Shown here: positions 37,551-47,350 of the stretch, one piece after another
Position numbering within the stretch: the first letter of the stretch is position 1
How the letters are laid out: the number at the start of each line of letters is the position of its first letter
NCBI GenBank assembly: GCA_040876265.1
Contig: JBBDPN010000001.1
Coordinates: 53,691 to 117,690 of the forward strand
Direction: 5' to 3'
Length of the DNA: 64,000 nt
Source of the DNA: Candidatus Woykebacteria bacterium
GTDB taxonomy: Bacteria > Patescibacteriota > Microgenomatia > Woykebacterales > RBG-16-39-9b
Translations under genes and position numbers: made by a program
Notes under the pieces: generated by a model
Databases searched by the model: none
What the model saw: the letters and a program-made list of their open reading frames with translations, nothing else
Told to the model about the DNA's origin: nothing

Positions 37551-37601
37551 AAAAGACCTCCCTCGTTTGTTCGGTCATTATTTTACTCTTCTAGTCAAAT
37601 C

Positions 37602-38075
37602 TTGTATATTAAAATTGTGAGCGATGCAGCTGTAAAAATCCAAAACGATCTAAAACAAGCGTTACGAAATAAAGATGACGTAACGGTTTCGACTTTGAGG
37701 CTGCTCGTAGCGGCGATTAAAAATTTTGAAATTGCCAAAGGTGGGGCTGGGTACAAAGCGACCGAAGAGGATATTATCTCAGTATTGCAGAAAGAAGTGA
37801 AACAAAGGAAAGAATCGATCGAGCAGTATAAGAGTGGTGGCCGCCAAGATTTGGTTGAAAAAGAGAAAAAAGAGTTGGAAATTTTGGAGAGATACCTACC
37901 AGACCAACTTTCCGAAGAAGAGGTAGAAAAAATTGTAAAAACGAAAATTCAAGAGCTTGGAGTAAGTTCCTTGGGTGATATGGGTAAAATTATGGGGGTT
38001 CTTTCACAAGAACTAAAGGGGAAAGCAGATTTGACTTTAGTAGCCTCCCTTGTAAAACGCTCGCTTGGCAGCTAA
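37602..38075 (+). CDS. GatB/YqeY domain protein
   Basis: 'IQNDLKQALRNKDDVTVSTLRLLVAAIKN...EKEKKELEILERYLP'. Confidence 0.8.
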   Translation: MYIKIVSDAAVKIQNDLKQALRNKDDVTVSTLRLLVAAIKNFEIAKGGAGYKATEEDIISVLQKEVKQRKESIEQYKSGGRQDLVEKEKKELEILERYLPDQLSEEEVEKIVKTKIQELGVSSLGDMGKIMGVLSQELKGKADLTLVASLVKRSLGS

Positions 38076-38126
38076 AGATTTTTTGATCCAGAAATACGCC
38101 GCAATAATACAAAGCCTCTTGCTTGT

Positions 38127-38155
38127 TTGAATTTCACTCAAAAAAGTCGTATAAT
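38127..38155 (+). promoter_or_regulatory. Near-consensus sigma70 promoter TTGAAT-17-TATAAT upstream of corA
   Basis: Read directly from the sequence. Confidence 0.5.
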
Positions 38156-38228
38156 AGGTCTTGCACATCTTAAATAGCAACTTTTAGAGGAGGATGTGTA
38201 TTTTTATTGCCTGGATTGGGAGGCCGCT

Positions 38229-39152
38229 ATGAAGACGATCATAGAAAATGGCCTTCGCTGGATTGATGTTGAGCATCCTTCAAAGGCGGATATTGAAAAG
38301 CTCCACAAGGACTTTCCAACTTTCCACCCACTAACTTTGGAGGATACTCTCTCACCGATCCAGCGACCAAAGGTCGATGTTTTCGAAGACCATTTGTTTA
38401 TAGTGCTCCATTTTCCCGTGTATGAGAAGAAAACGGGGCGTATTTCGAATGCTGAAGTTGATATTTTTTTGGGTAAAGATTTCTTAGTTACTCTCCACGA
38501 TGGTCGTGTAAAATCACTCGCAGAATTTTTTGATAACGCTTCCGATGATAAAAAAATTCGTCGCGAGTTATTTTTAAAAGGTAGCGCTGGCTTCTTGTTG
38601 TACAGTATTTTAAATAAAGTTTTGGACGCTGCTTTTCCAATACTTTATCGGCTTGATACTGAGCTTGAGATTATCGAGGATAAGATATTTGAAGGGGAGA
38701 ATATTTCTAGGCAGATTGAGGCTCTTTCTGACCAGAGAAGAAATATCCTGGCGTATCGAAAAATAATTAGCCCGCAGAGGGCAGTACTTCCCCAGGTGCG
38801 AGATAAACTCCGTCTGATCGGTATAAGGGAGCAAATGGCGGTTTATTTTAACGATTTGCTCGACCACGTCGAAAAAATGTGGCAAACTCTTGAAGAGCAG
38901 AAAGAAGTGGCTGAAGGATTGCAGGATACAACGGCTGCTTTGGTAAACACTATCACGAACGATGTTGTTCGCGTCCTTACGGTCATCACCGTAGTCTTTC
39001 TTCCCCTCACTTTGATCGCCTCTATTTTCGGTATGAACGTGCCTCTACCTCACGCAAATGATCAACTTGCCCTGCCAATAATTATCATCGGTATGGTGGT
39101 GATTTTGGTGGTGCTCATCTTCATCTTCCGCAAATTCCTCAAGTGGCTTTAA
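38229..39152 (+). CDS. corA: Magnesium/cobalt transporter CorA
   Basis: SD 'GGGAGG' before ATG 'MKTIIENG'. 'YFNDLLDHV'. C-terminal 2-TM 'FLPLTLIASIFGMNVPLP' (GMN motif). Confidence 0.85.
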   Translation: MKTIIENGLRWIDVEHPSKADIEKLHKDFPTFHPLTLEDTLSPIQRPKVDVFEDHLFIVLHFPVYEKKTGRISNAEVDIFLGKDFLVTLHDGRVKSLAEFFDNASDDKKIRRELFLKGSAGFLLYSILNKVLDAAFPILYRLDTELEIIEDKIFEGENISRQIEALSDQRRNILAYRKIISPQRAVLPQVRDKLRLIGIREQMAVYFNDLLDHVEKMWQTLEEQKEVAEGLQDTTAALVNTITNDVVRVLTVITVVFLPLTLIASIFGMNVPLPHANDQLALPIIIIGMVVILVVLIFIFRKFLKWL

Positions 39153-39275
39153 GTTAGATCTTAGACCCAAGATTTATAATGGTAAATTAAAAGGGGTTGA
39201 AGGTGCGCAAGAACGTTGTCTTACCCCCAACACTTAATACTAGATACTGCATACCACATACGTTAAAATTAGCCT

Positions 39276-40676
39276 ATGGCTGAGATTTTCCTCACGAATA
39301 CGTCGACGAGAAAAAAAGAGAAATTTGTGCCGATAAAAAAGGGGAAAGTGGGGATCTATTCCTGTGGGCCGACGGTATATCGTGATATCCATATTGGTAA
39401 TCTTCGTACTTATCTTGCCGCGGACATTCTTAAGCGAGTTTTAAGTTACAACGGCTACAAAGTTCAGCACATCAAAAATATCACCGATGTGGGCCACATG
39501 CGCACCGATGAAACAACCCAACAAGGTTTTGATCCGGTTATCGCTGAGGCGCTAAAACAAGGCAAAACTCCCCAGCAGATTGCGGCCGAATACACCGAAA
39601 AATTCTTTGATGACGAGAAAAAAATTAACATACCACCAGCAGATACGTTTCCAAAAGCCACTGATCATATAAAAGAAATGATCGAAATCACAAAAGAGTT
39701 ACTTGATAAGGGGTTTGCGTATGAGGCCGATGGAAACATTTACTACGACGTTAAGAAGTTTAAAAACTATGGTCGGCTTTCTGGAAACACGTTAGATAAA
39801 ATGGACAAATTACGCGAAGCCGTTAGGGTTTCGAGCGAAGCAGATAAAAAAGCTGGAGTAGATTTTGCCCTTTGGAAAAAGGCGGAAAAGGGGAGGGAAA
39901 TGAAGTGGGATAGTCCTTGGGGGGAAGGCTTTCCCGGTTGGCATATAGAATGCTCGGCTATGAGCATGAAGTATCTCGGGGAGCATTTTGATATCCATAC
40001 CGGTGGTGAAGACAACATTTTTCCTCATCATGAGGACGAAATAGCCCAAAGCGAGGCCGCTAAAGGAAAGAGGGTCGTAAATTATTGGGTACACTCTGGA
40101 TTTTTGTTGGTAGAGGGCAAAAAAATGGCGCGGCGGGAGGGTAATGTTTACACAATTTCTGATATTGAAAAGAAAGGCTTTAACCCTTTGGCGTTTCGTT
40201 ACTTGGTATTAACTTCTCACCATCGATCAAGGCTAAATTTCACCTGGAGATCGCTAGAAGCTGCGCAGAACGCTCTGAATAATATTTACCGGGAGGTAAC
40301 TGGTTACGCAACAGCCGATGAACCCAAAATCGGCTGTGCTGAATACGAACAACGTTTCATGCAAGCAGTGAATAATGATATGGATACACCAGCCGCGCTT
40401 TCGATCGTCCAAGAGATGGTTGATAGCGATTATCCACCAAGCGCGAAACTGGCAAGTTTGTACAAATTTGACCAGGTACTAGGACTGGATTTAGAAACAG
40501 TTGCCCAAGAAGCTGCCCAGGTTCCCGACAAGATAAAAAAATTGGTTGAGTCGAGGGAAAAAGCCAGAGAGAGCAGCGAATTTTCTAAATCAGACCGGTT
40601 GAGAGATGAGATAAAGAAAAAAGGTTATGAAGTAGTTGATACCGACTCTGGCCCGAAATTAAAAAAAATTATCTAA
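39276..40676 (+). CDS. cysS: Cysteine--tRNA ligase
   Basis: '[21 protein letters not shown]' HIGH motif. 'KMARREGNV' KMSKS-like motif. Zn ligands 'WHIECSAM'. Confidence 0.95.
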   Translation: MAEIFLTNTSTRKKEKFVPIKKGKVGIYSCGPTVYRDIHIGNLRTYLAADILKRVLSYNGYKVQHIKNITDVGHMRTDETTQQGFDPVIAEALKQGKTPQQIAAEYTEKFFDDEKKINIPPADTFPKATDHIKEMIEITKELLDKGFAYEADGNIYYDVKKFKNYGRLSGNTLDKMDKLREAVRVSSEADKKAGVDFALWKKAEKGREMKWDSPWGEGFPGWHIECSAMSMKYLGEHFDIHTGGEDNIFPHHEDEIAQSEAAKGKRVVNYWVHSGFLLVEGKKMARREGNVYTISDIEKKGFNPLAFRYLVLTSHHRSRLNFTWRSLEAAQNALNNIYREVTGYATADEPKIGCAEYEQRFMQAVNNDMDTPAALSIVQEMVDSDYPPSAKLASLYKFDQVLGLDLETVAQEAAQVPDKIKKLVESREKARESSEFSKSDRLRDEIKKKGYEVVDTDSGPKLKKII

Positions 40677-40718
40677 CCCTATTTTCTCTTCTTGAGGTTT
40701 TTGTAGTAAAATAGTTGT

Positions 40719-42131
40719 GTGAGGCTCTTACTGCCTAGGAGCATACAATTTTCAAATCGGGGTTTTACCTTGATTGAGGTATTGGTCGCAACGACAATGA
40801 TAACCATTGTCGGTGCAGCTATTCTCTCCACGATCACTGCTTTCTTAAGAGTTTCACTTATCGCCCAAGATACAGTCCGCGCGCAAAACATTGCCAACGA
40901 GAAACTAGAAACCCTCAAAAATATGCCCTACGACGATTTAGCCACGGTGGCGGGGGCTATTTACCCGCCGGGCAATCTGCCTGATAGCGAAAACGTGACC
41001 GTGGGCACCCATACCTACGTGGTGCACACTTTCATCAGCTACGTAGATGATCCCTTTGATGGAGACGCTAGTGGGAGTATACCTGGTAAGCCGGTGGATT
41101 TTTACCCGTTTGATTACAAAAGAGCTACCATAGAGGTACGAGATAATAATGATGATCGCGTGTTGGCAAAAATTTCATCAAATATCGCTGCCAACGCTGC
41201 CGAAACTAGTGATGATACGGGGATACTATTTGTTCAAGTGGTAGATTCTGATGGTGACCCAGTACCCAATGCAAATATCCATCTCACTAATACGAACCCG
41301 GATCCTGATGTGGACATAAATACAATCACCGACCTAAACGGTAATCTGCAGATCCCACTGCTTCCAGAGGATACCACCAATGGTTATCATATCGAGGCTT
41401 CTCTTGGCTCTGGCTATTCAGTGGATCAGACCTATCCAGATACTGTTCCTGATTACGACCCGGTCCAACCAGATTTTAATATCCTCGCCCAACAGGTGAC
41501 CAATATCACTTTGGTAATTGATTTGACCTCAACGATGAACGTTACGGTGGTAGATGAGACCGGAGCAGCAGTTGCAGATTTGGAAGTGACCGTAGAGAGT
41601 AATAAAAATACCTACGAGCCTTCTGATCCTCTGAGCACAGAGCCGCCAATTTCAAAATTCTCTGATAGTTTCACCACCGATTCTTCAGGAGAGTTTACAA
41701 TCGAAGATCTCGAATTTGATCTTGGTGGCTACCAACTTTCGGTGCCTACCGGCTACTTTGTTATTAGCACCACACCGTACCAAAAAGTGACGGTAGGTGC
41801 TGACGCAACAATCAACGTTACCTTGAAGGTAACTACAGACTCCTCCTGGCCGAGGATAGAGCAAGTGACGCCTATTTCTGGGATAAATAACGGTGCCGTG
41901 ACTGTGGAGATACTCGGTGCGAATTTACCGGTTGGTTCTACGATGGGGCTGACCAAGAGTGGACAGAGCTCGATAGACGCAACTGGTGTGATCAGTAGTG
42001 ATAGCGACACCAAGCTCATTGGCGACTTTGATCTGACTGGAGCAGCCACCGGGGCTTGGAACCTGGTTGTAACCGCTCCTGGAGGTAAGAGTACCACCCA
42101 AAGTAGCGGCTTTACTATAAATTCACCTTAA
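40719..42131 (+). CDS. Large type IV pilin-like protein (prepilin-type N-terminal cleavage/methylation domain)
   Basis: 'NRGFTLIEVLVATTMITIVGAAIL' class III signal. Length 470 aa with Thr/Asp-rich repetitive body. Confidence 0.7.
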   Translation: MRLLLPRSIQFSNRGFTLIEVLVATTMITIVGAAILSTITAFLRVSLIAQDTVRAQNIANEKLETLKNMPYDDLATVAGAIYPPGNLPDSENVTVGTHTYVVHTFISYVDDPFDGDASGSIPGKPVDFYPFDYKRATIEVRDNNDDRVLAKISSNIAANAAETSDDTGILFVQVVDSDGDPVPNANIHLTNTNPDPDVDINTITDLNGNLQIPLLPEDTTNGYHIEASLGSGYSVDQTYPDTVPDYDPVQPDFNILAQQVTNITLVIDLTSTMNVTVVDETGAAVADLEVTVESNKNTYEPSDPLSTEPPISKFSDSFTTDSSGEFTIEDLEFDLGGYQLSVPTGYFVISTTPYQKVTVGADATINVTLKVTTDSSWPRIEQVTPISGINNGAVTVEILGANLPVGSTMGLTKSGQSSIDATGVISSDSDTKLIGDFDLTGAATGAWNLVVTAPGGKSTTQSSGFTINSP

Positions 42132-42134
42132 ATT

Positions 42135-42728
42135 ATGGACAGGTTATTCAAGCTAGTGTCAGCAAAAAAAGGATTTAGTTTAATAGAGCTTTTGATTGCC
42201 ATGGCCATTTCGTCTATCATATTAGTTGTGATCGTAACTGTGATAAATTTGGCCCTGCGACACAGTAGTGGTGGTTTCGAGTCTTTTGAGGCTCAAAGCG
42301 AAGCAGTCGGGATAATGAATAGAGTAGCTGCGGAGATACGCCAAGCTTCGGAAATGGTGAGCGCGCAGCCACAATCAATCACCTTCAGAGAGTATCTGGA
42401 CGTTGGAGCGGCAGCGCCACACCAGATAAGGTTTTTCTTGGATGGGGAAAGCTTGAAAAGAGGAGAGATACCGCCGATAGGAACGGACCCACCTTATACT
42501 TATGATCCAGCTAGTGAAACCATCAGGACCTTATCTTTGGACGTGATAAACGGTGCGGCTGATGTATTTACTTACTATGATCAAGATGGTAACCAGCTAT
42601 TTGCACCGGTTACGCTGGCAGCGGTGACACTGGTTGATATACATCTAATTTTTAGGCAACGAAACAATACCCAACCGCTAGAGGTGGGTACCAAGGCGCA
42701 ACTGAGGTTTAATAAAAATAACTTGTGA
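42135..42728 (+). CDS. Pseudopilin / minor pilin (prepilin-type N-terminal domain)
   Basis: 'KKGFSLIELLIAMAISSIILVVIVTVI'. Confidence 0.7.
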   Translation: MDRLFKLVSAKKGFSLIELLIAMAISSIILVVIVTVINLALRHSSGGFESFEAQSEAVGIMNRVAAEIRQASEMVSAQPQSITFREYLDVGAAAPHQIRFFLDGESLKRGEIPPIGTDPPYTYDPASETIRTLSLDVINGAADVFTYYDQDGNQLFAPVTLAAVTLVDIHLIFRQRNNTQPLEVGTKAQLRFNKNNL

Positions 42729-42732
42729 CCAA

Positions 42733-44391
42733 ATGAAAAAATTGCCTGCCGACAATAGACTCTCGCAAGCTTTCAGAAGCCAAGACGGTCTTGCTTTGCT
42801 GCAAGCGATCATTTTGATCAGCATCGTAGCGTCTCTACTACTAATAATAGTGAGCGTGACGCTTTTGGGTTTGAATGTCTCCAAGCAGGGTGTTAGACGA
42901 ACAGCGGCTTTACACATTGCCGAGGCTGGTATAAATTACTATCTTTGGCACCTGGTACACGATCCGGCTGATTACTGTGATGGCAACCCCTGTGTAGGAT
43001 CACCTCCTTATGGCCCCTTCGTCCATGACTTTCATGATAATACTGGTAAAAAAATTGGTAGCTACACTCTTTGGATCGCTCCGCCATCGATCACTGATGG
43101 AAGTAAGGTGGTGATTTGCCACACTCCACCGGCAACAAATGAGACGATATCGGTGGCTCCCTCCGCCGTGCAGGGGCATCTAGATCATGGTGATTTTCTC
43201 GGACCTTGCGAAGGAGGTGGTACTGGAGGTGGTACTGTCGTGGTCGAGTCTCGCGGAGATGTGGAAGACGGTAATGAAAACAGAACCATCGTGGCTGCCC
43301 TGGGTATTCCTTCGTTTGCTCAGTACGCGGTGGTGGCCAATGATACGGTGAACCATATTCGTTTTGGTGAGGACACCGAGATCTTTGGTCCCATCCATAA
43401 CAACGGGGGAGTTCGTTTTGACGGTGTAGCCCATGATTTGGTTACTAGTGCTATGGCCGAGTATAACGATCCTGATCACGACGACATTGATTCACCACAA
43501 CACTCGTACCACCCAGACAATATTCTGGAGCCTGGTGTTCATACCCATGTGCCTCCAGATGAAGACCGTTTTTTGGGTGGAAAGTCGTTTCCGGTTCCAC
43601 CGGTGGATTTTGCTCAAGTGACGGCTGATCTGAACGAGATAGAAACTCAGGCGACAGATGATGGTTACTACTATGGTCCCACCGGTGCTGGCTACCATAT
43701 CGTTTTGGGCAATAATAACTACACCATTTACAGAGTAAATTCTGTAACCGCTAGTTGTAATACCAGCTTGGGTTGGCAGCCCACTTACGGTATATCAAGC
43801 CAAAGTGTGGTAGCTGCCGGAGTCTCCTACCCTACCAACGGCGTGATTTTTGTGGATGACAACCTGTGGGTCGATGGCAAGATAATGGATGTGGCCTTGA
43901 CGATCGCTAGTAGTGAAGAAATCTACATAAACAACGATATCGAATACACGTATCTGGACGGTCGGGACAAACTGGGTCTGATCGCCCAGGAAAATATCTC
44001 GGTGGGTCTGTACAGCGAGGGGTCTTTTAGTGGTAGTAGTGACCAGCGAGAGCTAACTATCCACGCTGCACTGCTGGCTCAAAATGGTCGGGTCGGTCGC
44101 AATTACTACCCTTACCGATACCGTCAGTTCTCCTGGCAATCCTGGTCTTATTGTTTACAATCTAGTGATAATTACTGGCAGAGGAATAAGATTTCAGTTT
44201 ATGGGTCTCTTGCGACCAACCGGCGCTATGGTTTTTCCTGGATCTGCGGTGACACATGGACGATTGGGGATTATTGCGATAGCGGCTATGACGTGCGGGA
44301 AGTGACCTACGATGAAAATTTGAGTGCCAGTCCACCACCTTCTTTCCCAACGATTGGAAATTACGCGATTTTGGATTGGCGCGAAAAATAG
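42733..44391 (+). CDS. PilX-like minor pilin / large pilus-associated protein (552 aa)
   Basis: N-terminal 'SQDGLALLQAIILISIVASLLLIIVSV' resembles the PilX_N signal-anchor. Confidence 0.45.
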   Translation: MKKLPADNRLSQAFRSQDGLALLQAIILISIVASLLLIIVSVTLLGLNVSKQGVRRTAALHIAEAGINYYLWHLVHDPADYCDGNPCVGSPPYGPFVHDFHDNTGKKIGSYTLWIAPPSITDGSKVVICHTPPATNETISVAPSAVQGHLDHGDFLGPCEGGGTGGGTVVVESRGDVEDGNENRTIVAALGIPSFAQYAVVANDTVNHIRFGEDTEIFGPIHNNGGVRFDGVAHDLVTSAMAEYNDPDHDDIDSPQHSYHPDNILEPGVHTHVPPDEDRFLGGKSFPVPPVDFAQVTADLNEIETQATDDGYYYGPTGAGYHIVLGNNNYTIYRVNSVTASCNTSLGWQPTYGISSQSVVAAGVSYPTNGVIFVDDNLWVDGKIMDVALTIASSEEIYINNDIEYTYLDGRDKLGLIAQENISVGLYSEGSFSGSSDQRELTIHAALLAQNGRVGRNYYPYRYRQFSWQSWSYCLQSSDNYWQRNKISVYGSLATNRRYGFSWICGDTWTIGDYCDSGYDVREVTYDENLSASPPPSFPTIGNYAILDWREK

Positions 44392-44518
44392 CAGCCTCCG
44401 TGCTGCGAAATGCAACATTTCTTAGTACTCTCGGCTGCTGTGCTACCGCTAAGCACCTCCGTACTGTGAAACACAAGGTTTATTAGTACTGCCGACTGCT
44501 GCGACCACTAAAGTGGAC
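44388..44518 (-). repeat. Two tandem partial copies (reverse orientation) of the ~90-nt conserved element between the pilin gene and the PilN-like gene
   Basis: The reverse complement reads '...GGTAGCACAGCAGCCGAGAGTACTAAGAAATGTTGCATTTCGCAGCACGGAGGCTGCTAT' and 'GTCCACTTTAGTGGTCGCAGCAGTCGGCAGTACTAATAAACCTTGTGTTTCACAGTACGG'. Confidence 0.7.
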
Positions 44519-44576
44519 TAGAATCCGCTTGCAATAAGTAAGTTAGGTTGCTACGATATAAAGACAAACACCTGCC

Positions 44577-45128
44577 ATGCTTTTTTTTGGTAAAAAAGAT
44601 CAAAAAGGTATCGACCTGATACCCGAGGGGGAGAAGCCTCTAAAAGATACGAAAATCAAGTTTTTCGCTACCGTTGCTTCTGTTGCGGCAGTAGGTGTTT
44701 TTATTGTGGTTGGTGCAATTCTAGTTTTCCTAAATTTTGCCGAGGGTCGCCTTTTAGCTCAAACTTCGGAGCAGCTTGATAGCCGACTTGGTGAGTGGCA
44801 GCAAGTCGCTACCACCGCGGCTCAAGTAAATTCCACTAAGGCGGCTACCACCCAAATAAATGACGTCTGGACTTCAAATCAACTTTTCACTAAAAGCTTG
44901 AGAGAAGTTCGCAGTGTAGTACCAAAAGGTGCAAGCCTCACGTCCCTTTCAATAGCTGGTGTTAATACCCTGACTCTTCAAGCTGAGGTTTCTAGCGCGG
45001 CCGTGGTTGAGCAGTTGGTTAATAATCTCCGGAAAAATGAGTTTTTCGTAAGTGTGGATCTAGATTCGGTAGTGCGCAGCTCCGATAGTTATGTTTTAAA
45101 TGTGGGATTAACAACAAGGGGTAAATGA
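44577..45128 (+). CDS. PilN-like type IV pilus assembly protein (N-terminal TM)
   Basis: TM 'FFATVASVAAVGVFIVVGAILVFL' plus periplasmic body. Gene context is with pilins. Confidence 0.45.
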   Translation: MLFFGKKDQKGIDLIPEGEKPLKDTKIKFFATVASVAAVGVFIVVGAILVFLNFAEGRLLAQTSEQLDSRLGEWQQVATTAAQVNSTKAATTQINDVWTSNQLFTKSLREVRSVVPKGASLTSLSIAGVNTLTLQAEVSSAAVVEQLVNNLRKNEFFVSVDLDSVVRSSDSYVLNVGLTTRGK

Positions 45129-45898
45129 AAAATTTAAAGAAATTTTTTAAACAGACAATAGTAATAGTCAGCATTGAGATAGCGGTAGCTATCTTTTTGT
45201 GCGTAATAATATTTTTGTTTGTGGTAGTTCCAAATTTCAACTCCTGGCGTAGTAACAGTAGTTCTAGAGAAGAAACGGCCCAGAGACTGGAAAGAGTAGA
45301 AAGAAATCTTCAATCAGTCGCTAGTATTGATGCAGAAAAAATAAAAGTGTTGAGCGAGCAATTGCAGAAGCTATTGTCAGATCAAGCAGATCCGCTGCGG
45401 TTTCTTAATTTATTAGAAGTAGTAGCAAAGTCCAGCGGGATGGAACTTTCGGCTGCCCAAGTTACCACGCAGTCGCAACCTAGCGTAGCTCCAAGCGCGC
45501 CGACCGGTGCCGCCGCTCCCCAAACCCCGGTAAGTGATGGAGCTAGCTCACCGGCTCAGAGCGGTGCTAGTGCGGTAGCAGTCCCAAACCAGTCTGTAAA
45601 GATCTCCTTTTCCGGTTCATTTTCTAATTTGCTTCGTCTCCTGACCAATGTGGATAAGGCCGATATGGTTTCGCTCATCAAAAGTGTTTCCGTGTCTAAA
45701 ACGCAAGGGGAAAGTGGTGTTTCTTTGGCGGTTACCTTTGATCTGATTACCGCTACTGCCGCAGGTACCGCCAACGCTGAAACTTTGACCGCCTTTACTT
45801 TTGAAGATGAAAGCGCGATAGGTAATATATTAAGCAATATCGAGTTTACTTCTTCTCCAGCTAAAAATTCTGTAGGTCGTTCCAACCCCTTCGATTAA
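45125..45898 (+). CDS. PilO-like type IV pilus assembly protein (N-terminal TM, coiled coil, Ala/Pro/Ser-rich linker)
   Basis: TM 'IVIVSIEIAVAIFLCVIIFLFVVV'. Coiled coil 'AQRLERVERNLQSV'. Confidence 0.4.
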   Translation: MKNLKKFFKQTIVIVSIEIAVAIFLCVIIFLFVVVPNFNSWRSNSSSREETAQRLERVERNLQSVASIDAEKIKVLSEQLQKLLSDQADPLRFLNLLEVVAKSSGMELSAAQVTTQSQPSVAPSAPTGAAAPQTPVSDGASSPAQSGASAVAVPNQSVKISFSGSFSNLLRLLTNVDKADMVSLIKSVSVSKTQGESGVSLAVTFDLITATAAGTANAETLTAFTFEDESAIGNILSNIEFTSSPAKNSVGRSNPFD

Positions 45899-45902
45899 TA
45901 GG

Positions 45903-46808
45903 TTAGTTAAACTTGAGCTCAACTACATCGCCGTCGGTGATTTTGTAGTCACGACCTTCCAGACGAACCAAACCCTTTTCAGAGGCTAGTTTCCAGGCTC
46001 CTTGAGCCTGCCGCTCGTAGCCTTGGCGAAGTGGGGCAACCCCAATTAGCTTTTCCCAATTAACAACTTCAGCCTTGATAAAACCCTTTTGCATATCGCT
46101 GTGTACAATCCCGCTTGCACTGAAAGTAGATGTACCCGCTCGAAGTGGCCAGGCCTGGACTTGTTTCCGGCCAGCGATTGTGAAAAAGGTGATGAGGTCA
46201 AGAAGTTCGTAACAGAGCTTTATTACTTTTTCTATTCCGGTTTGCTCAATTCCAAGCGTCTTTAAATATTCTTTTTGCTCATTTTTAGAAAGCTCTGATA
46301 GTTCGTTTTCCAGCTTTGCGCTTATCTTCACCGCTCCTAAAATTCCCACCCCCGGGGTGGGAAGATCTTTTTCGTCGATGTTAATTACATAGACTGACGG
46401 CCTTTCAATACCGGCGTGTTGCAGCTCTTCTTCGATAATTTTTACATCTTCCTGTGGGTTGGGCTGACCTGGTACGTTTGGGTTGTGGAAGCCGCGGACG
46501 AGATGGAGAACTGCATCTACTTCGCGAATATGGCCAAGAAACTGATTGCCCAAGCCCTCGCCCTCGTGAGCGCCTTTGACGAGGCCAGCAATATCGATGA
46601 ATTCGATAGCGGCCGGAACTACTTTTTTGATCCCAGTTACATCGGAAATTTTTTGCAGTCTTTCATCGGGAACTTGAACCACACCAACATTGGGTTCGAT
46701 CGTCGTAAAAGGGTATTCCGCCACTTCCGCGATCTGCCGCTGCAAGAGTGCGTTAAAAAGCGTAGATTTTCCTGCATTGGGTAAGCCAACTATTCCGACT
46801 TTCAACAT
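45903..46808 (-). CDS. ychF: Ribosome-binding ATPase YchF (Obg-like, compact form with TGS domain)
   Basis: 'KVGIVGLPNAGKSTLFNAL'. C-terminal TGS 'RLEGRDYKITDGDVVELKFN'. Confidence 0.85.
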   Translation of the reverse strand: MLKVGIVGLPNAGKSTLFNALLQRQIAEVAEYPFTTIEPNVGVVQVPDERLQKISDVTGIKKVVPAAIEFIDIAGLVKGAHEGEGLGNQFLGHIREVDAVLHLVRGFHNPNVPGQPNPQEDVKIIEEELQHAGIERPSVYVINIDEKDLPTPGVGILGAVKISAKLENELSELSKNEQKEYLKTLGIEQTGIEKVIKLCYELLDLITFFTIAGRKQVQAWPLRAGTSTFSASGIVHSDMQKGFIKAEVVNWEKLIGVAPLRQGYERQAQGAWKLASEKGLVRLEGRDYKITDGDVVELKFN

Positions 46809-46871
46809 TAGATCAAGATTATATCAAACTCAACTTTACTTCGACATAAGCGAGTGCTAAAATGTGTTCAA

Positions 46872-47102
46872 ATGGAAAAGTTTCAAGTAATTCGAAATGG
46901 CATAGTGTTTGAACTTGAGCCTGAAGAAGGTGGGTTTACTATAACAGTTCCTTCTTTACCAGGCTGTGTCTCTTTTGGACAAACCATCGACGAAGCGTTA
47001 GAGGAGATTAAGGACGCGATGGCAGGTTGGGTCGAGGTGGCCAAAGAAGAAGGTCTTGATGTTCCCGAAGAGGTAGAAAAAACCGTTTTTGTCCCGAATT
47101 AA
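46872..47102 (+). CDS. hicB: HicB family antitoxin
   Basis: 'FTITVPSLPGCVSFGQTIDEALEEIKDAMAGWVE'. Stop overlaps the hicA start. Confidence 0.8.
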   Translation: MEKFQVIRNGIVFELEPEEGGFTITVPSLPGCVSFGQTIDEALEEIKDAMAGWVEVAKEEGLDVPEEVEKTVFVPN

Positions 47103-47329
47103 TGAAACTAACCCCAATAAAACCTCGAGATCTTGTAAGAATTTTAGAAAAGAAAGGTTTTTTTGTTCGTAAGCAAACTGGTTCCCACGTTATTTTATTC
47201 AAAAAAGGTATCCGTAGGCCAATTTCTGTTCCTATGCACCCACACGATTTACCATCAGGAACCCAAAGAGCGATTTTGCGTCAAGCTGAAATTTCGCTAG
47301 AGGAGTTTATAAAATTGCTAAAGAAATAG
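47102..47329 (+). CDS. hicA: HicA family toxin (mRNA interferase)
   Basis: 'KPRDLVRILEKKGFFVRKQTGSHVILFKKG'. Confidence 0.85.
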   Translation: MKLTPIKPRDLVRILEKKGFFVRKQTGSHVILFKKGIRRPISVPMHPHDLPSGTQRAILRQAEISLEEFIKLLKK

Positions 47330-47350
47330 TTTTGTGAAATAATTTAGCTA

